NCBI GenBank assembly: GCA_963776345.1
Contig: CAVZMH010000020.1
Location: 32,001-96,000 of the forward strand
Origin: an uncultured delta proteobacterium
Lineage (GTDB): Bacteria > Myxococcota > Myxococcia > Myxococcales > Myxococcaceae
Direction of reading: 5' to 3'
DNA length: 64,000 bases
Shown: positions 51,259-60,800 of the stretch, one piece after another
How positions within the stretch are numbered: position 1 is the first letter of the stretch
Layout of the letters: every line of letters begins with the position of its first letter
Position numbers and translations under genes: made by a program
The notes under the pieces: generated by a model
Databases searched by the model: none
Seen by the model: only the letters and a program-made list of their open reading frames with translations
Told to the model about the DNA's origin: nothing

Positions 51259-52257
51259 ATGGGCCAGAACGTCCTCACGAACGACTTCAGCTGGTCGAAG
51301 AGCCGCCACGAGAAGTTCCAGGACTGCCGGCGGGCCTACTACCTCCATTACTACGGGAGCTGGGGCGGCTGGGAGGACGGCGCGCATCCCGAGCTCCGCC
51401 AGCTCTGGGTGCTGAAGAAGCTCGCCAACCGCTTCAACTGGGCGGGCAGCGTGGTCCATGCGGTCATCAAGGATGCGCTGCTCGACGTCCGCGCCGGGCG
51501 GCGGCCGGACGCGGCGCGGGCCATCGTCCGGGCGCGGGCCGTCATGCGCGAGGACTACAAGCACTCGCGCGCCCGGGCCTACTGGAAGGAGCGCCGCCGG
51601 CTCGAGTTCATGGGCCTGATGGAGCACGAGTACGGCGAGCCTCTGCCGGACAGCGAGTGGAAGCGGACCTGGGACGGCGTGGAGGCGGCGCTGACCTGGT
51701 TCTTCCAGTCGCCGTGGCTCGAGCGGGCGCGGGCGCTGCAGCCGCAGCAGTGGCTGGAGGTGGACGAGGGCGCCGACCACAGCTGGTTCGAGATGGACGG
51801 GGTGAAGATGTTCGCCATCCCGGACTTCGCCTTCCGCGACCACGACGGCCACATCACCGTGGTGGACTGGAAGACCGGCGCGCCGCACACCGGCTACGAG
51901 GACCAGGTGGTGGGCTACGCGCTGTACCTCGCCCACCGGCACCGGGTGGAGCCGCAGCAGATCCGCTGCCGGCTGGTGTTCCTCAACGCCGGGCAGGAGG
52001 TCGAGGTCCCGGTCGACGCGCAGACCATCGAGCACTTCTCGGTGAAGTTCCGCGAGTCGGTGCAGCGGATGCGCGAGCTCCTGGTCAACGCCGCGGCGAA
52101 CACCCCGCTCGACGCCGCGCAGTTCCCGATGACCGAGGAGCTCTCGCAGTGCGCCCGCTGCGCGTTCCGCCGCGCGTGCGGTCGGCAGAGCGTGACCTTC
52201 GCCTCGCTCCCGCCGCGGCCGCCGCAGCCGGAAGAGCCGAGCGTCAGCGCCGCCTAG
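51259..52257 (+). CDS. PD-(D/E)XK nuclease family protein (PDDEXK_1)
   Basis: SWSKS...FQDCRRAY, PD...VVDWKTG, Q..GYA.Y, C-terminal CARCAFRRAC. Confidence 0.85.
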   Translation: MGQNVLTNDFSWSKSRHEKFQDCRRAYYLHYYGSWGGWEDGAHPELRQLWVLKKLANRFNWAGSVVHAVIKDALLDVRAGRRPDAARAIVRARAVMREDYKHSRARAYWKERRRLEFMGLMEHEYGEPLPDSEWKRTWDGVEAALTWFFQSPWLERARALQPQQWLEVDEGADHSWFEMDGVKMFAIPDFAFRDHDGHITVVDWKTGAPHTGYEDQVVGYALYLAHRHRVEPQQIRCRLVFLNAGQEVEVPVDAQTIEHFSVKFRESVQRMRELLVNAAANTPLDAAQFPMTEELSQCARCAFRRACGRQSVTFASLPPRPPQPEEPSVSAA

Positions 52258-52258
52258 C

Positions 52259-53122
52259 CTAGCGGCCGTGCGCGATGCGGCGGACCACCACGCCCGCCGC
52301 GTTCATCCCGAACACGCTGGTGACAAAGCCCACGCTGCCGTTCACCTGGGTACGGTGATCGCAGGTGTGGAAGTCGTTCTCGCGGCTCGGGCAGACGCAG
52401 AGGAAGCCCTCAGTCGCCGCGTCGTAGGTGAGGGGGACCGGGGTCCGGGGCGGCTCGACCGAGTAGACGGCGGTGATGCCTGTGCGCCGGTCGGTCTCCA
52501 GGCCGTACTTTCGCTTGAGGAGCTTCCGGACGTCCTTGGCCAGCGGGTCCATGATGGTCTCCGAGAGGTCGTCGACCCGGATGGCGGTGGGGTCGAGCCG
52601 GCCGGCGGCGCCCATGCTGCTCACCACCGGGAGCCCGAGCTGCACGCAGCGGTGCAGGAGGTGCAGCTTGGCCTTCACGTTGTCGATGGCGTCGACCACG
52701 AAGTCCCAGCCGGGCTGGAGCAGCTGCTCGGAGCTCTCGGCGCGGTAGAACTCGGCGACCGGCTCGACGCTGCAGTCCGGGTTCACCTCGCGGCAACGCT
52801 GGGCCATGAGCTCGGCCTTGCTCTTGCCCACGGTGCGCACCGTCGCGTGCAGCTGGCGGTTGAGGTTGGTGACGCAGACCTCGTCGAAGTCCACGAGCGT
52901 GAGGTGTCCCACGCCGCTCCGGACCAGCCCCTCCACCGCATAGCTGCCGACGCCGCCGAGGCCGAAGACGACGACCCGGGCCCGGGCGAGCCGCTCCATG
53001 GCCTCGTCCCCGAGGAGCCGGCCGGTGCGGTCCCACCGGCGCGAGAGCCGGAAGGCGCGCGCGGTCTCGTCGCCGGGGCGTGGTGCCGGCGGGGTGGAGG
53101 GACGGAGCGAGGGAGCGGTCAT
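52259..53122 (-). CDS. tcdA: tRNA threonylcarbamoyladenosine dehydratase (ThiF family)
   Basis: VFGLGGVGSYAVEGLVRSGVG, TNLNRQ, DAIDN, SSMGAAGRLDP, DPLAK.VRK, VYS.E. Confidence 0.9.
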   Translation of the reverse strand: MTAPSLRPSTPPAPRPGDETARAFRLSRRWDRTGRLLGDEAMERLARARVVVFGLGGVGSYAVEGLVRSGVGHLTLVDFDEVCVTNLNRQLHATVRTVGKSKAELMAQRCREVNPDCSVEPVAEFYRAESSEQLLQPGWDFVVDAIDNVKAKLHLLHRCVQLGLPVVSSMGAAGRLDPTAIRVDDLSETIMDPLAKDVRKLLKRKYGLETDRRTGITAVYSVEPPRTPVPLTYDAATEGFLCVCPSRENDFHTCDHRTQVNGSVGFVTSVFGMNAAGVVVRRIAHGR

Positions 53123-53304
53123 GGGCGGCCCTTCTCTAGCGCGTCCGGGTCGGCGGTGCGCGGGCCCGTCCCACGGGCCCCCGGGACGGCCCCGGGCGAC
53201 GACCTGGCGCTCGGGCAGGAGGCGGTCGGCTCGTCGCCGGGAGCGTCGGTCTGCAGTCGCGGGGGACTGTGGACCTGGCTGGGCGACGGCTCGCGCGGGC
53301 GTCC

Positions 53305-54091
53305 TCAGAGACGGAAGGCGGGGAACAGTCGCCGGGCATTCTCGGCCACCAGCGCTCCCGTGGCCGCGACGGAGTCCCCGAGGGCCGCCGCGGTCGACTC
53401 GACCACCCGGACCAGGAACGCCGGCTCGTTCCGGCCGCCCCGATGCGGCGCGGGGGCCTGGTCCGGCGCGTCGGTCTCGACCAGCAGCCGGTCGCGGGGG
53501 GTGAGCCGGAGCGCCTCGACCGGCTTCCGCGCCCCGGGCCAGCTCACCGGTCCGGCGAAGCTCAGGTGGCACCCGCGGGCGACGTACGCCGCGACTCGGG
53601 CCGGGCCTCCGCTGTAGCTGTGCAGCACCACGCCGGCCTCGGGCAGCTGCGCGTGGGCGAGCCACTCCTCCAGCGCGGGGTGCGCCCTCTGGCAGTGAAG
53701 GAGGAGCGGGAGCCCGTGCTTCCGGGCGAGCCGTGCGTGTGCCTCGAGCACCCGGACCTGCCGCTCCATCGGAGCCCCGGGGGCGCTGGGCCCGTCGAGC
53801 CCGCACTCTCCCACCGCGACCGCACCGCCGCTGGCCAGGAGCGCGTCCAGCCGCTCGAGCGCGGGTCCGTCACCTTCCTCGGGCAGCTCGGGCAAGCAGC
53901 TGCGGGTGGATGCCGAGTCCGACCTGGACGCGGCGGTCGCTCCGGGGCAGCGCCAGCAGCGCCTCCCAGGCGTCCGGCCCGATGGCCGGGACCAGGATGC
54001 CCTCGACACCTGCCGCCCAGGCGCGCCCGAGCACCGCCTCGCGGTCCGGGTCGAAGCGGGGGACGTCCAGGTGGCAGTGGGTGTCGATCAG
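53305..54091 (-). CDS. tatD: TatD family DNase (frameshift at ~53894; start approximate)
   Basis: IDTHCHLD, GIHP in one frame; AVGECGLD, LHSYSG, LLVETDAP, RNEP in the other. Confidence 0.9.
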
Positions 54092-54138
54092 CCGGCCGGC
54101 CCTCGTGGCAGAGCAGCCGACCCTAGGCCGGCCGGACG

Positions 54139-54348
54139 CTACTGGACCAGGACGATGCGCGCGTGCGCCGCCCGGCCAATCTCCCGGGACGAGAGCAGGC
54201 GGGCCACGTCCCTCACCTCGTTGCCCACCGTGTCGAAGGCGGCGACGATGAGCTCGCCGAGCGTGGTCTGCACCGCCTCCTGGTGCGCCCTTGCCTTCCG
54301 CGTCAACCGCTGCAGCCGCGTGCCCTTCTTCCCCGATGACTTGCGCAT
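54139..54348 (-). CDS. Small basic hypothetical protein (69 aa)
   Basis: GGAG RBS; MRKSSGKK...TTLGELIVAAFDTVG. Confidence 0.65.
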   Translation of the reverse strand: MRKSSGKKGTRLQRLTRKARAHQEAVQTTLGELIVAAFDTVGNEVRDVARLLSSREIGRAAHARIVLVQ

Positions 54349-54568
54349 GGTCTCTCCGTAATCGCCGGGCCGGTGTCCGGCAGCTGTGTCCAGGCCCCGG
54401 AGCGGCCACTGTGCCGTCCAGGGTCTGACCGGAAGGTGTGTCCTTCGCCGGAGTCCGTGACACCGCGCGTCCGGGACCGGCCTGCAACGGGGCATCCCCG
54501 CGTCATCAGGAGCCTCCGAGGAACCCTCTCCCCGCGAGACGGGGTGGGGTGGTACGCCCTCCCACCAG

Positions 54569-55546
54569 ATGCGGATGCACGTGCTCTTCCACGACAACTG
54601 CTTCGACGGCGCGGCCAGCGCCGCCGTGTTCTCGCGCTTCTACCGGGAGCGCATCCGTCCGGACGCGACGCTCACCTACCAGGGCCTGTCACACCAGGCC
54701 AACGGCGCCCCGGTGCTCGAGTCGGCGTTCCAGGGGGACGAGAACGCCATCGTCGATTTCCGGTACAGCCAGTCGCCCGGGCTGACCTGGTGGTTCGACC
54801 ACCACGCCTCGGCCTTCCAGACGCCGGGGGACGAGGCCCACTACCGGGCGGACACCTCGGGCAGGAAGTTCCACGACGCGCGGCGGAAGAGCTGCACGGT
54901 GTACCTCGCCGACGTGGCGCGGGCCCGCTTCGGGTTCGACCCCGGGCCGATGACCGAGCTGCTCGAGTGGGCGGAGATCATCGACGGCGCGCAGTTCCCG
55001 AGCCCGCAGATGGCGGTGGGCCTCCGCGAGCCGGCGCTCCAGCTCATGACCGTGCTCGAGGCCAACCACGATCCGGAGCTGATCCCCGAGGTCATTCGCC
55101 TGCTCCAGCGCCACACCCTCTCCGAGGTGGCGTCGCGTCCGATGATCCAGGAGCCGTTCCGTCCGCTGCTCGAGCGGCACCAGCACAACCGCGAGCTGGT
55201 CCGGAAGAAGGCCGCCATCGACCGGGGCGTGGTCTTCTTCGACGTGGCCGACGAGGGCCTGGACGCGATGAACAAGTTCATCGCCTACGACCTCTTCCCG
55301 GAAGCGCGCTACGTGGTCTGGGTGGGGCGCGGCGCCAAGCGGGCCAAGGTGTCCATCGGCAGCAACCCCTGGCGCCCCGAGCTCCGGCGGCACGACCTCT
55401 CCGCCATCGCCGAGCGCTGGGGCGGTGGTGGGCACCCGGTGGTGGCGGCGATGAGCTTCAAGCCCGAGGAGCTGCCCCGGGCCCGCGAGGCCGCGCGGTC
55501 CATCGTCGAGGAGCTGCGCGCCGAGCCCGTGTCCGCCTCCGCCTGA
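54569..55546 (+). CDS. DHH family phosphoesterase
   Basis: CFDG, VDF, FDHH, GGGGH. Confidence 0.9.
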   Translation: MRMHVLFHDNCFDGAASAAVFSRFYRERIRPDATLTYQGLSHQANGAPVLESAFQGDENAIVDFRYSQSPGLTWWFDHHASAFQTPGDEAHYRADTSGRKFHDARRKSCTVYLADVARARFGFDPGPMTELLEWAEIIDGAQFPSPQMAVGLREPALQLMTVLEANHDPELIPEVIRLLQRHTLSEVASRPMIQEPFRPLLERHQHNRELVRKKAAIDRGVVFFDVADEGLDAMNKFIAYDLFPEARYVVWVGRGAKRAKVSIGSNPWRPELRRHDLSAIAERWGGGGHPVVAAMSFKPEELPRAREAARSIVEELRAEPVSASA

Positions 55547-55567
55547 GCCCGGGGGGATACTGTCGGA

Positions 55568-55966
55568 GACACTGTGCCGCGGCCGCCCTGGTCTCGACGG
55601 CTGCGGGCCTGAGAGTCTTCGACCAGGACCTCGGGCGCGGCCGCGGACGACACTGTGCTGCGGCCGCCTGGTCTCAACGACTGCGGGCCTGAGAATCTTC
55701 GACCAGGACCTCGGGCGCGGCCGCGGACGACACTGTGCTGCGGCCGCCCTGGTCTCGACGACTGCGGGCCTGAGAGTCTTCGTCCAGGACCTCGGGCGCG
55801 GCCGCGGACGACACTGTGTCGCGGCCGCCCTGGTCTCGACGACTGCGGGCCTGAGAGTCTTCGACCAGGACCTCGGGCGCGGCCGCGGACGACACTGTGC
55901 TGCGGCCGCCTGGTCTCGACGGCTGCGGGCCTGAGAGTCTTCGACCAGGACCTCGGGCGCGGCCGC
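55568..55966. repeat. Tandem array of five ~81-bp hairpin units
   Basis: Units start at 55568, 55649, 55729, 55810 and 55891; near-identical, no unique spacers. Confidence 0.95.
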
Positions 55967-55972
55967 CCTGAC

Positions 55973-56539
55973 CTACAGGAGCGGGAACCCGCGGGCCCGG
56001 AGCATCCGGACCACCGGGAGCATCGGGAGCCCCTGCACCGAGGTGCGGTCGCCCTCGAGCCCGGAGACCAGCGCCTGCCCCCGGCCCTCGATGCGGTAGC
56101 CGCCCGCGCAGCCACGCCACTCCTCGGTGTCGAGGTAGCGCTCCAGCTCCTCGGCGGTGAGCGGGTGGAAGCGCAGCGTGACGACGTCGAGCTCGAGCTG
56201 CTCGTCGCCCCCGCCCACCAGCGCCACGGCGGTGAGGAGGCGGTGCGCCCGGCCGAGCAGCGCCCCGAGCTGGGCGCGCGCCGCGTCCCGTGACTCCGGC
56301 TTGCCAAGCACCCGGCCATCCACCTCGGCGAGCTGGTCGGCGCCGAGCACCAGCGCGTCCGGGCGTCGCTCGGCGACGGCGCGCGCCTTGCGGAGCGCGA
56401 GCATCCGCACCGAATCCTCGATCCCCGTTCCCTCGGGGAGGTCCTCGTCCACGCCCGGCGCCTCGACGGAGTAGGGCACCCCGAGCGCGTCGAGCAGGGC
56501 CCTGCGGGCCGGCGAGGTGGAGGCGAGGAACAGGCGCAT
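55973..56539 (-). CDS. maf: Maf family nucleoside triphosphate pyrophosphatase
   Basis: LASTSPARR.LL, KA, GADQ, GKP, AGGY.IEG.G, V.GLP. Confidence 0.92.
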   Translation of the reverse strand: MRLFLASTSPARRALLDALGVPYSVEAPGVDEDLPEGTGIEDSVRMLALRKARAVAERRPDALVLGADQLAEVDGRVLGKPESRDAARAQLGALLGRAHRLLTAVALVGGGDEQLELDVVTLRFHPLTAEELERYLDTEEWRGCAGGYRIEGRGQALVSGLEGDRTSVQGLPMLPVVRMLRARGFPLL

Positions 56540-56690
56540 CGCGGAGCAGGCTCTCTCACACGGTGCCGCGGCGCGCTGCAAGCTTTGCCGACCCACCGGG
56601 CCGGGGATGACCCACCCCCTCCGGTGCGGGGATCCCCGGAACTCGGGACCTTGGTGATGGGACAATGGTTTGCACTGTTCGGCGGTCGCG

Positions 56691-57425
56691 ATGGACCGGC
56701 GAATGGCAAGGAGGCGGAGGCACCCGCGCGGCGCGACGCTCCTGCTGTCGCTCGGGGTGGTGACCTTCCTCACCCTCGGCGCCATCACCACGCTGAACCT
56801 GATCACCGCGCAGTCGGATCCCGCGGGACAGGATCGCCGGGCAAAGGAGGCCTTCTTCGCTGCGGAGGCCGGGCTGGCCGAGGCGCGGGAGTGGCTCCGG
56901 CTGCAGACCGCGGCCATCCCCTCGCCGCAGCCGACCAACGCCATCCTCGCCGCGCTGGCCCCGGCCACCGACGTGGGCGGCTCGACCGACCCCTGGTACC
57001 AGATTCCGCTCGGCAACACGCCGGATGCCTGGGTGGCCTACACGCTCTCCCGTGCGCCCGACGCCAATGGCGCCCAGGCGCTGGACACCGGGGTGACCGC
57101 CGCCGGGCTGGAGCTCACCGCCTCGGACGGCACGCAGTACCTGGCGTACCCTGACGCCTCGCGCGTCACCTACCGCGTCTTCCTCCGCGACGACGACGAC
57201 GGCGACGGCGACCCCACGGTGGACTCGAACGGCACCGTCTGGCTGGTGGCGGTGGGCCAGGTGCAGGTGGGCCTCGGCGTCCCGGTGCAGGCGGTGGTGC
57301 GCGCGCTGGTCCGTCCCGGCACCGGCGCGGTGGGCACCGGCTACAGCTACTCCGACAAGATCTGGGACCCCGTTCACCTGAACGAGAACGCCCCCATCAA
57401 CGCCAACACGACCACCAGTCTCTAG
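56691..57425 (+). CDS. pilX: PilX-like minor pilin
   Basis: RG-ATLLLSL prepilin-like site lacking E5; AFFAAEAGL (PilX_N). Confidence 0.75.
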   Translation: MDRRMARRRRHPRGATLLLSLGVVTFLTLGAITTLNLITAQSDPAGQDRRAKEAFFAAEAGLAEAREWLRLQTAAIPSPQPTNAILAALAPATDVGGSTDPWYQIPLGNTPDAWVAYTLSRAPDANGAQALDTGVTAAGLELTASDGTQYLAYPDASRVTYRVFLRDDDDGDGDPTVDSNGTVWLVAVGQVQVGLGVPVQAVVRALVRPGTGAVGTGYSYSDKIWDPVHLNENAPINANTTTSL

Positions 57426-57434
57426 AGGCCCGAC

Positions 57435-57890
57435 GTGCTTCGCATCGCTCTTGTGGCATCCATCATCGTCTCGCTGCCCGCGCTCGCCGCGAACGCCACC
57501 GTGGGCGCCGAGGCGTTCGCCTCGGGCTGCAGTCGCTGCCACGCCGCGACGCAGGTGCCGGCGGGCGCGACCGAGCCGCATGCCGACCGGCGGAACGCGC
57601 GCCCCGGCGCCGGGCCCGACCTGACCGAGGCGCTCATCGCCCAGGGCTACGACAAGGTCCGGGCGTGGATCGAGAAGCCGGGTCGCGCGAACCGCGAGAC
57701 GACGTGCGACACGCGGCAGGTCCCGCCGGCGCAGCTCGACGACCTGATGGCCTATCTGGTCTCCCAGGTCGTCCCGGCACAGCCGTCGCGGAAGGAGCGG
57801 CTCCGCGGGAAGCTGTCCGAGGAGCAGGCCCGGGCCGCGGCGGCCGGAGTCCCGACCGCACGCGCACGGAAGGGGGGGAGGCGGCCGTGA
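57435..57890 (+). CDS. tfcP: TfcP-like cytochrome c
   Basis: Signal peptide, CSRCH, GPDL, extra Cys (TTCDTR) in place of a distal Met; located between pilX and pilY1. Confidence 0.75.
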   Translation: MLRIALVASIIVSLPALAANATVGAEAFASGCSRCHAATQVPAGATEPHADRRNARPGAGPDLTEALIAQGYDKVRAWIEKPGRANRETTCDTRQVPPAQLDDLMAYLVSQVVPAQPSRKERLRGKLSEEQARAAAAGVPTARARKGGRRP

Positions 57891-60800
57891 AGCGCACGAT
57901 GATCGCCGCGGTCGCGCTGCTCTCCTGCGTGGCGATGGTGGCCCACGCAGGCAGCCTGGCCGCGCTCTGCCAGGACAGCCTGGCCCAGAATCGCCAGCCC
58001 GACTTCGCCGATGGCGGGTTCCAGAGCCTGAAGACGGTGCAGGTGGTGGGGACCCCGGCGGTGCTGCGGCTGAACACCAACCTCGACGTGCTGAACCCGC
58101 AGAAGATCCAGCTCCCGTTCGATCAGAACGTGAGCATCAGCTACGTCTACGAGGCCGGTGGAGCGGGCTGGGCGCTGGGATGGCTCTACGCGGACGACCT
58201 GGTGAAGCGCGGGTACCTGGACGCGAACGGGAACCTGCTCGACTCCGACGGCGACGGCATCCCCGACTTCCACGAGGACATCTACAACCTCTCGCAGAAC
58301 CGGTACGTCGGGAAGTACCGCAAGTGCGGCGCCACGCCGCCCACCTTCACCTGGAACGGGGTGAACCTCGTCGAGCCGGAGATCGCCACCGACTCCTGTG
58401 GCACCACCTTCGGCACCACCAGCAAGACGGCCATCCTGGCCGACGGCGGGATGGGCTCGGTCTCGGGCTGGCAGGTGGGGAAGGCCAGCGGGAGCACGCC
58501 CACCACCCCGACCGTCGAGTACACCGACAACGGGCTGTACGCGCGGATCCCCAACCTCCTCGAGCCCGCGGACCCGCTGAACGGGGGCCTGGGCCTGGGC
58601 CACCTCATCTTCCTCAACGCCGACGACGACAGCGACACCACCACCAAGGCGCTGGTCCCGGTCGCGGACATCTCGAGCAAGGTGGACGGCGTGCCGGACT
58701 ACGACGTCAGCGCCTACGACGGGAACGGCCGGCTGCTCCCCGCGGGCAGCAATCCCGATCCCGGCGTGTCGCTCTACGACCGCACGCTCAACCTGGGCAC
58801 GCTCCCGGGGAGCAGGGAGATCATCTTCTACCTGGTGGTCTACTACACCAGCCAGGGTCAGGCCGGCTGCCTCGGCCGCGTCGGCGGCGTCTGCAAGCTC
58901 TGGCTCAACACGCCGGTCGTCGTCCACTTCAGCCGCACCGACCTGAACATGGACGAGAACCTCAACACCGCGAACCCCGCGGCCACGGTGGACATCGGGT
59001 GCGGGTATCCGAATACATGTAGTCTGGACGGTGGGACGTATACCGGCTGGCTCGACTCGGCGACCCTGACCCGCCTCGCGGCGCCGGACGGCGGCTACGG
59101 GCTGACCATGCCTCACGAGGTGGTGAGCGTTCCCCGTTCCAGCACCAACCGGATGCCGCACGTCATCGTGGGCGCGCCGAGCACCGATCCCTTCCGGTGG
59201 ATCATCGGGTTCGAGGACCTGAGCGGCGGCGGTGACCGCGACTTCAACGACGTGGTCTTCCAGATCAACAAGAGCAACGGCGGGACGGTGACCTCGGGGA
59301 TCGTGTCGAACGACATCAGCCCCACCGACGTCCAGAACCTCACCATCACCAACATCCGCTTCAAGAAGGACGACAACGCCATCTACCAGGCCAGCGGTCC
59401 GGCCAACGCGTGCAGCGGGCCGCCCAAGGCCAGCATCGACTACTACGTCGCGGTGGACTGCAAGGTCTGCGCGAGCGGGGTCTGCACCGAGAACCCCAAC
59501 CCCTCGTGGACGCGCGTGCCGCTGCCGGCGGGCAACCCGTCCGAGGTGACCTTCAACGTCCTCGACCTCGGCTTCACCGGCTCGCAGCTCTGCTGGCAGG
59601 CGCGGCTGTCGAGCCCCAACCAGTACTGCCAGCCCACCATCAACAGCGTCTCGGTGGGCTATCAGGCGGTGCGCTCGGGTTCCTACTCGCGGTCCAGCCT
59701 CTCCACGGTGGGCAACGCCTTCGTCTACGGGACCTACGAGACCCCGGGACAGGGCTGGACCGGCCCCTGGCCCACCAGCCCGCCGGCGCCGTCCACGCGG
59801 AACTACGACGGCAAGCCCGACCTGAGCACCCGCGGGCACCTGTACCTCAAGTCCATCTACGATCCGGAGGCGCCCACGCTGACTCACTCCGTGCAGCGCT
59901 GGGACTCGGGCGGACAGCTGGTCACCGACCTCACCGCCGGCTCGCCGTCGAGCCGCCGGCTCCTGACGGTGGACTCGACCGGGAAGATCGCCGCCCTCTC
60001 CACGGTGAACGCGGCCGAGGACCTGCTCCTCCCTGCGACCCAGCTCTGCCGGGTGAATGGCGGAAGGTACGTCTTCGACCTCAACGGCGACGGGGTCTGT
60101 ACCTCGAGCGATCGCGACTTCGTGAAGGACTGGCTCTATGGCTGGGAGGACAACCAGCCGCCCGGGCCGGTGGGCAGCCGCCGCGCCTGGCCGATGGGCG
60201 GGGTGAACCTCTCCACCCCCGCGGTGGTGGGGCCGCCGACCTATCCGTCCTGGTATTACAACACCACCGGCGACGAGCAGACCGCGTTCCAGACGCGGTT
60301 CGTCAGCGGCGTCCTCAACGGGAGCCCGCTCTCGGCGCGCAACACGTACACCTACGTCAACACCAGCAGCGGCATGCTCCACGCCTTCGCCGCGGGCCAC
60401 TACTCGCCGGCCACCTCGGACCCGTGCCTCGGGCAGCGCGGCACCACCCTGTACCGGGGCTTCTTCCAGCCCACCGGCGCCTGCGTCCCCCCCCCCGGCA
60501 TCAATCCCCGGAACTACGGCACCGGCGCCGAGCGCTTCGTCTTCCTGCCGCGGAGCCTGCTCGGGCGGTACGTGAACAGCTACGTCGGGCCCACCATCAC
60601 CGGCGCGCCGTCGGCCTCGCTCGACGCCTCGCCGGCGGTGGCGGACGTGGACCTCGGCGGCCTGGGCTCCAGCGTGCTGCCCTGGACCATCAGCAACAAG
60701 CTGGGCCAGGGGGCCAAGACGATGCTCGTCTCCGCCGCCGGCCGGGGCCAGAGCACGGTGTTCGCGCTCGACATCACCCAGCCCGATCTCGACACCTACC

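Noticed and set aside
55568..55966. CRISPR array
   Set aside because: Units are near-identical along their full 81 bp with no unique spacers; no cas genes nearby
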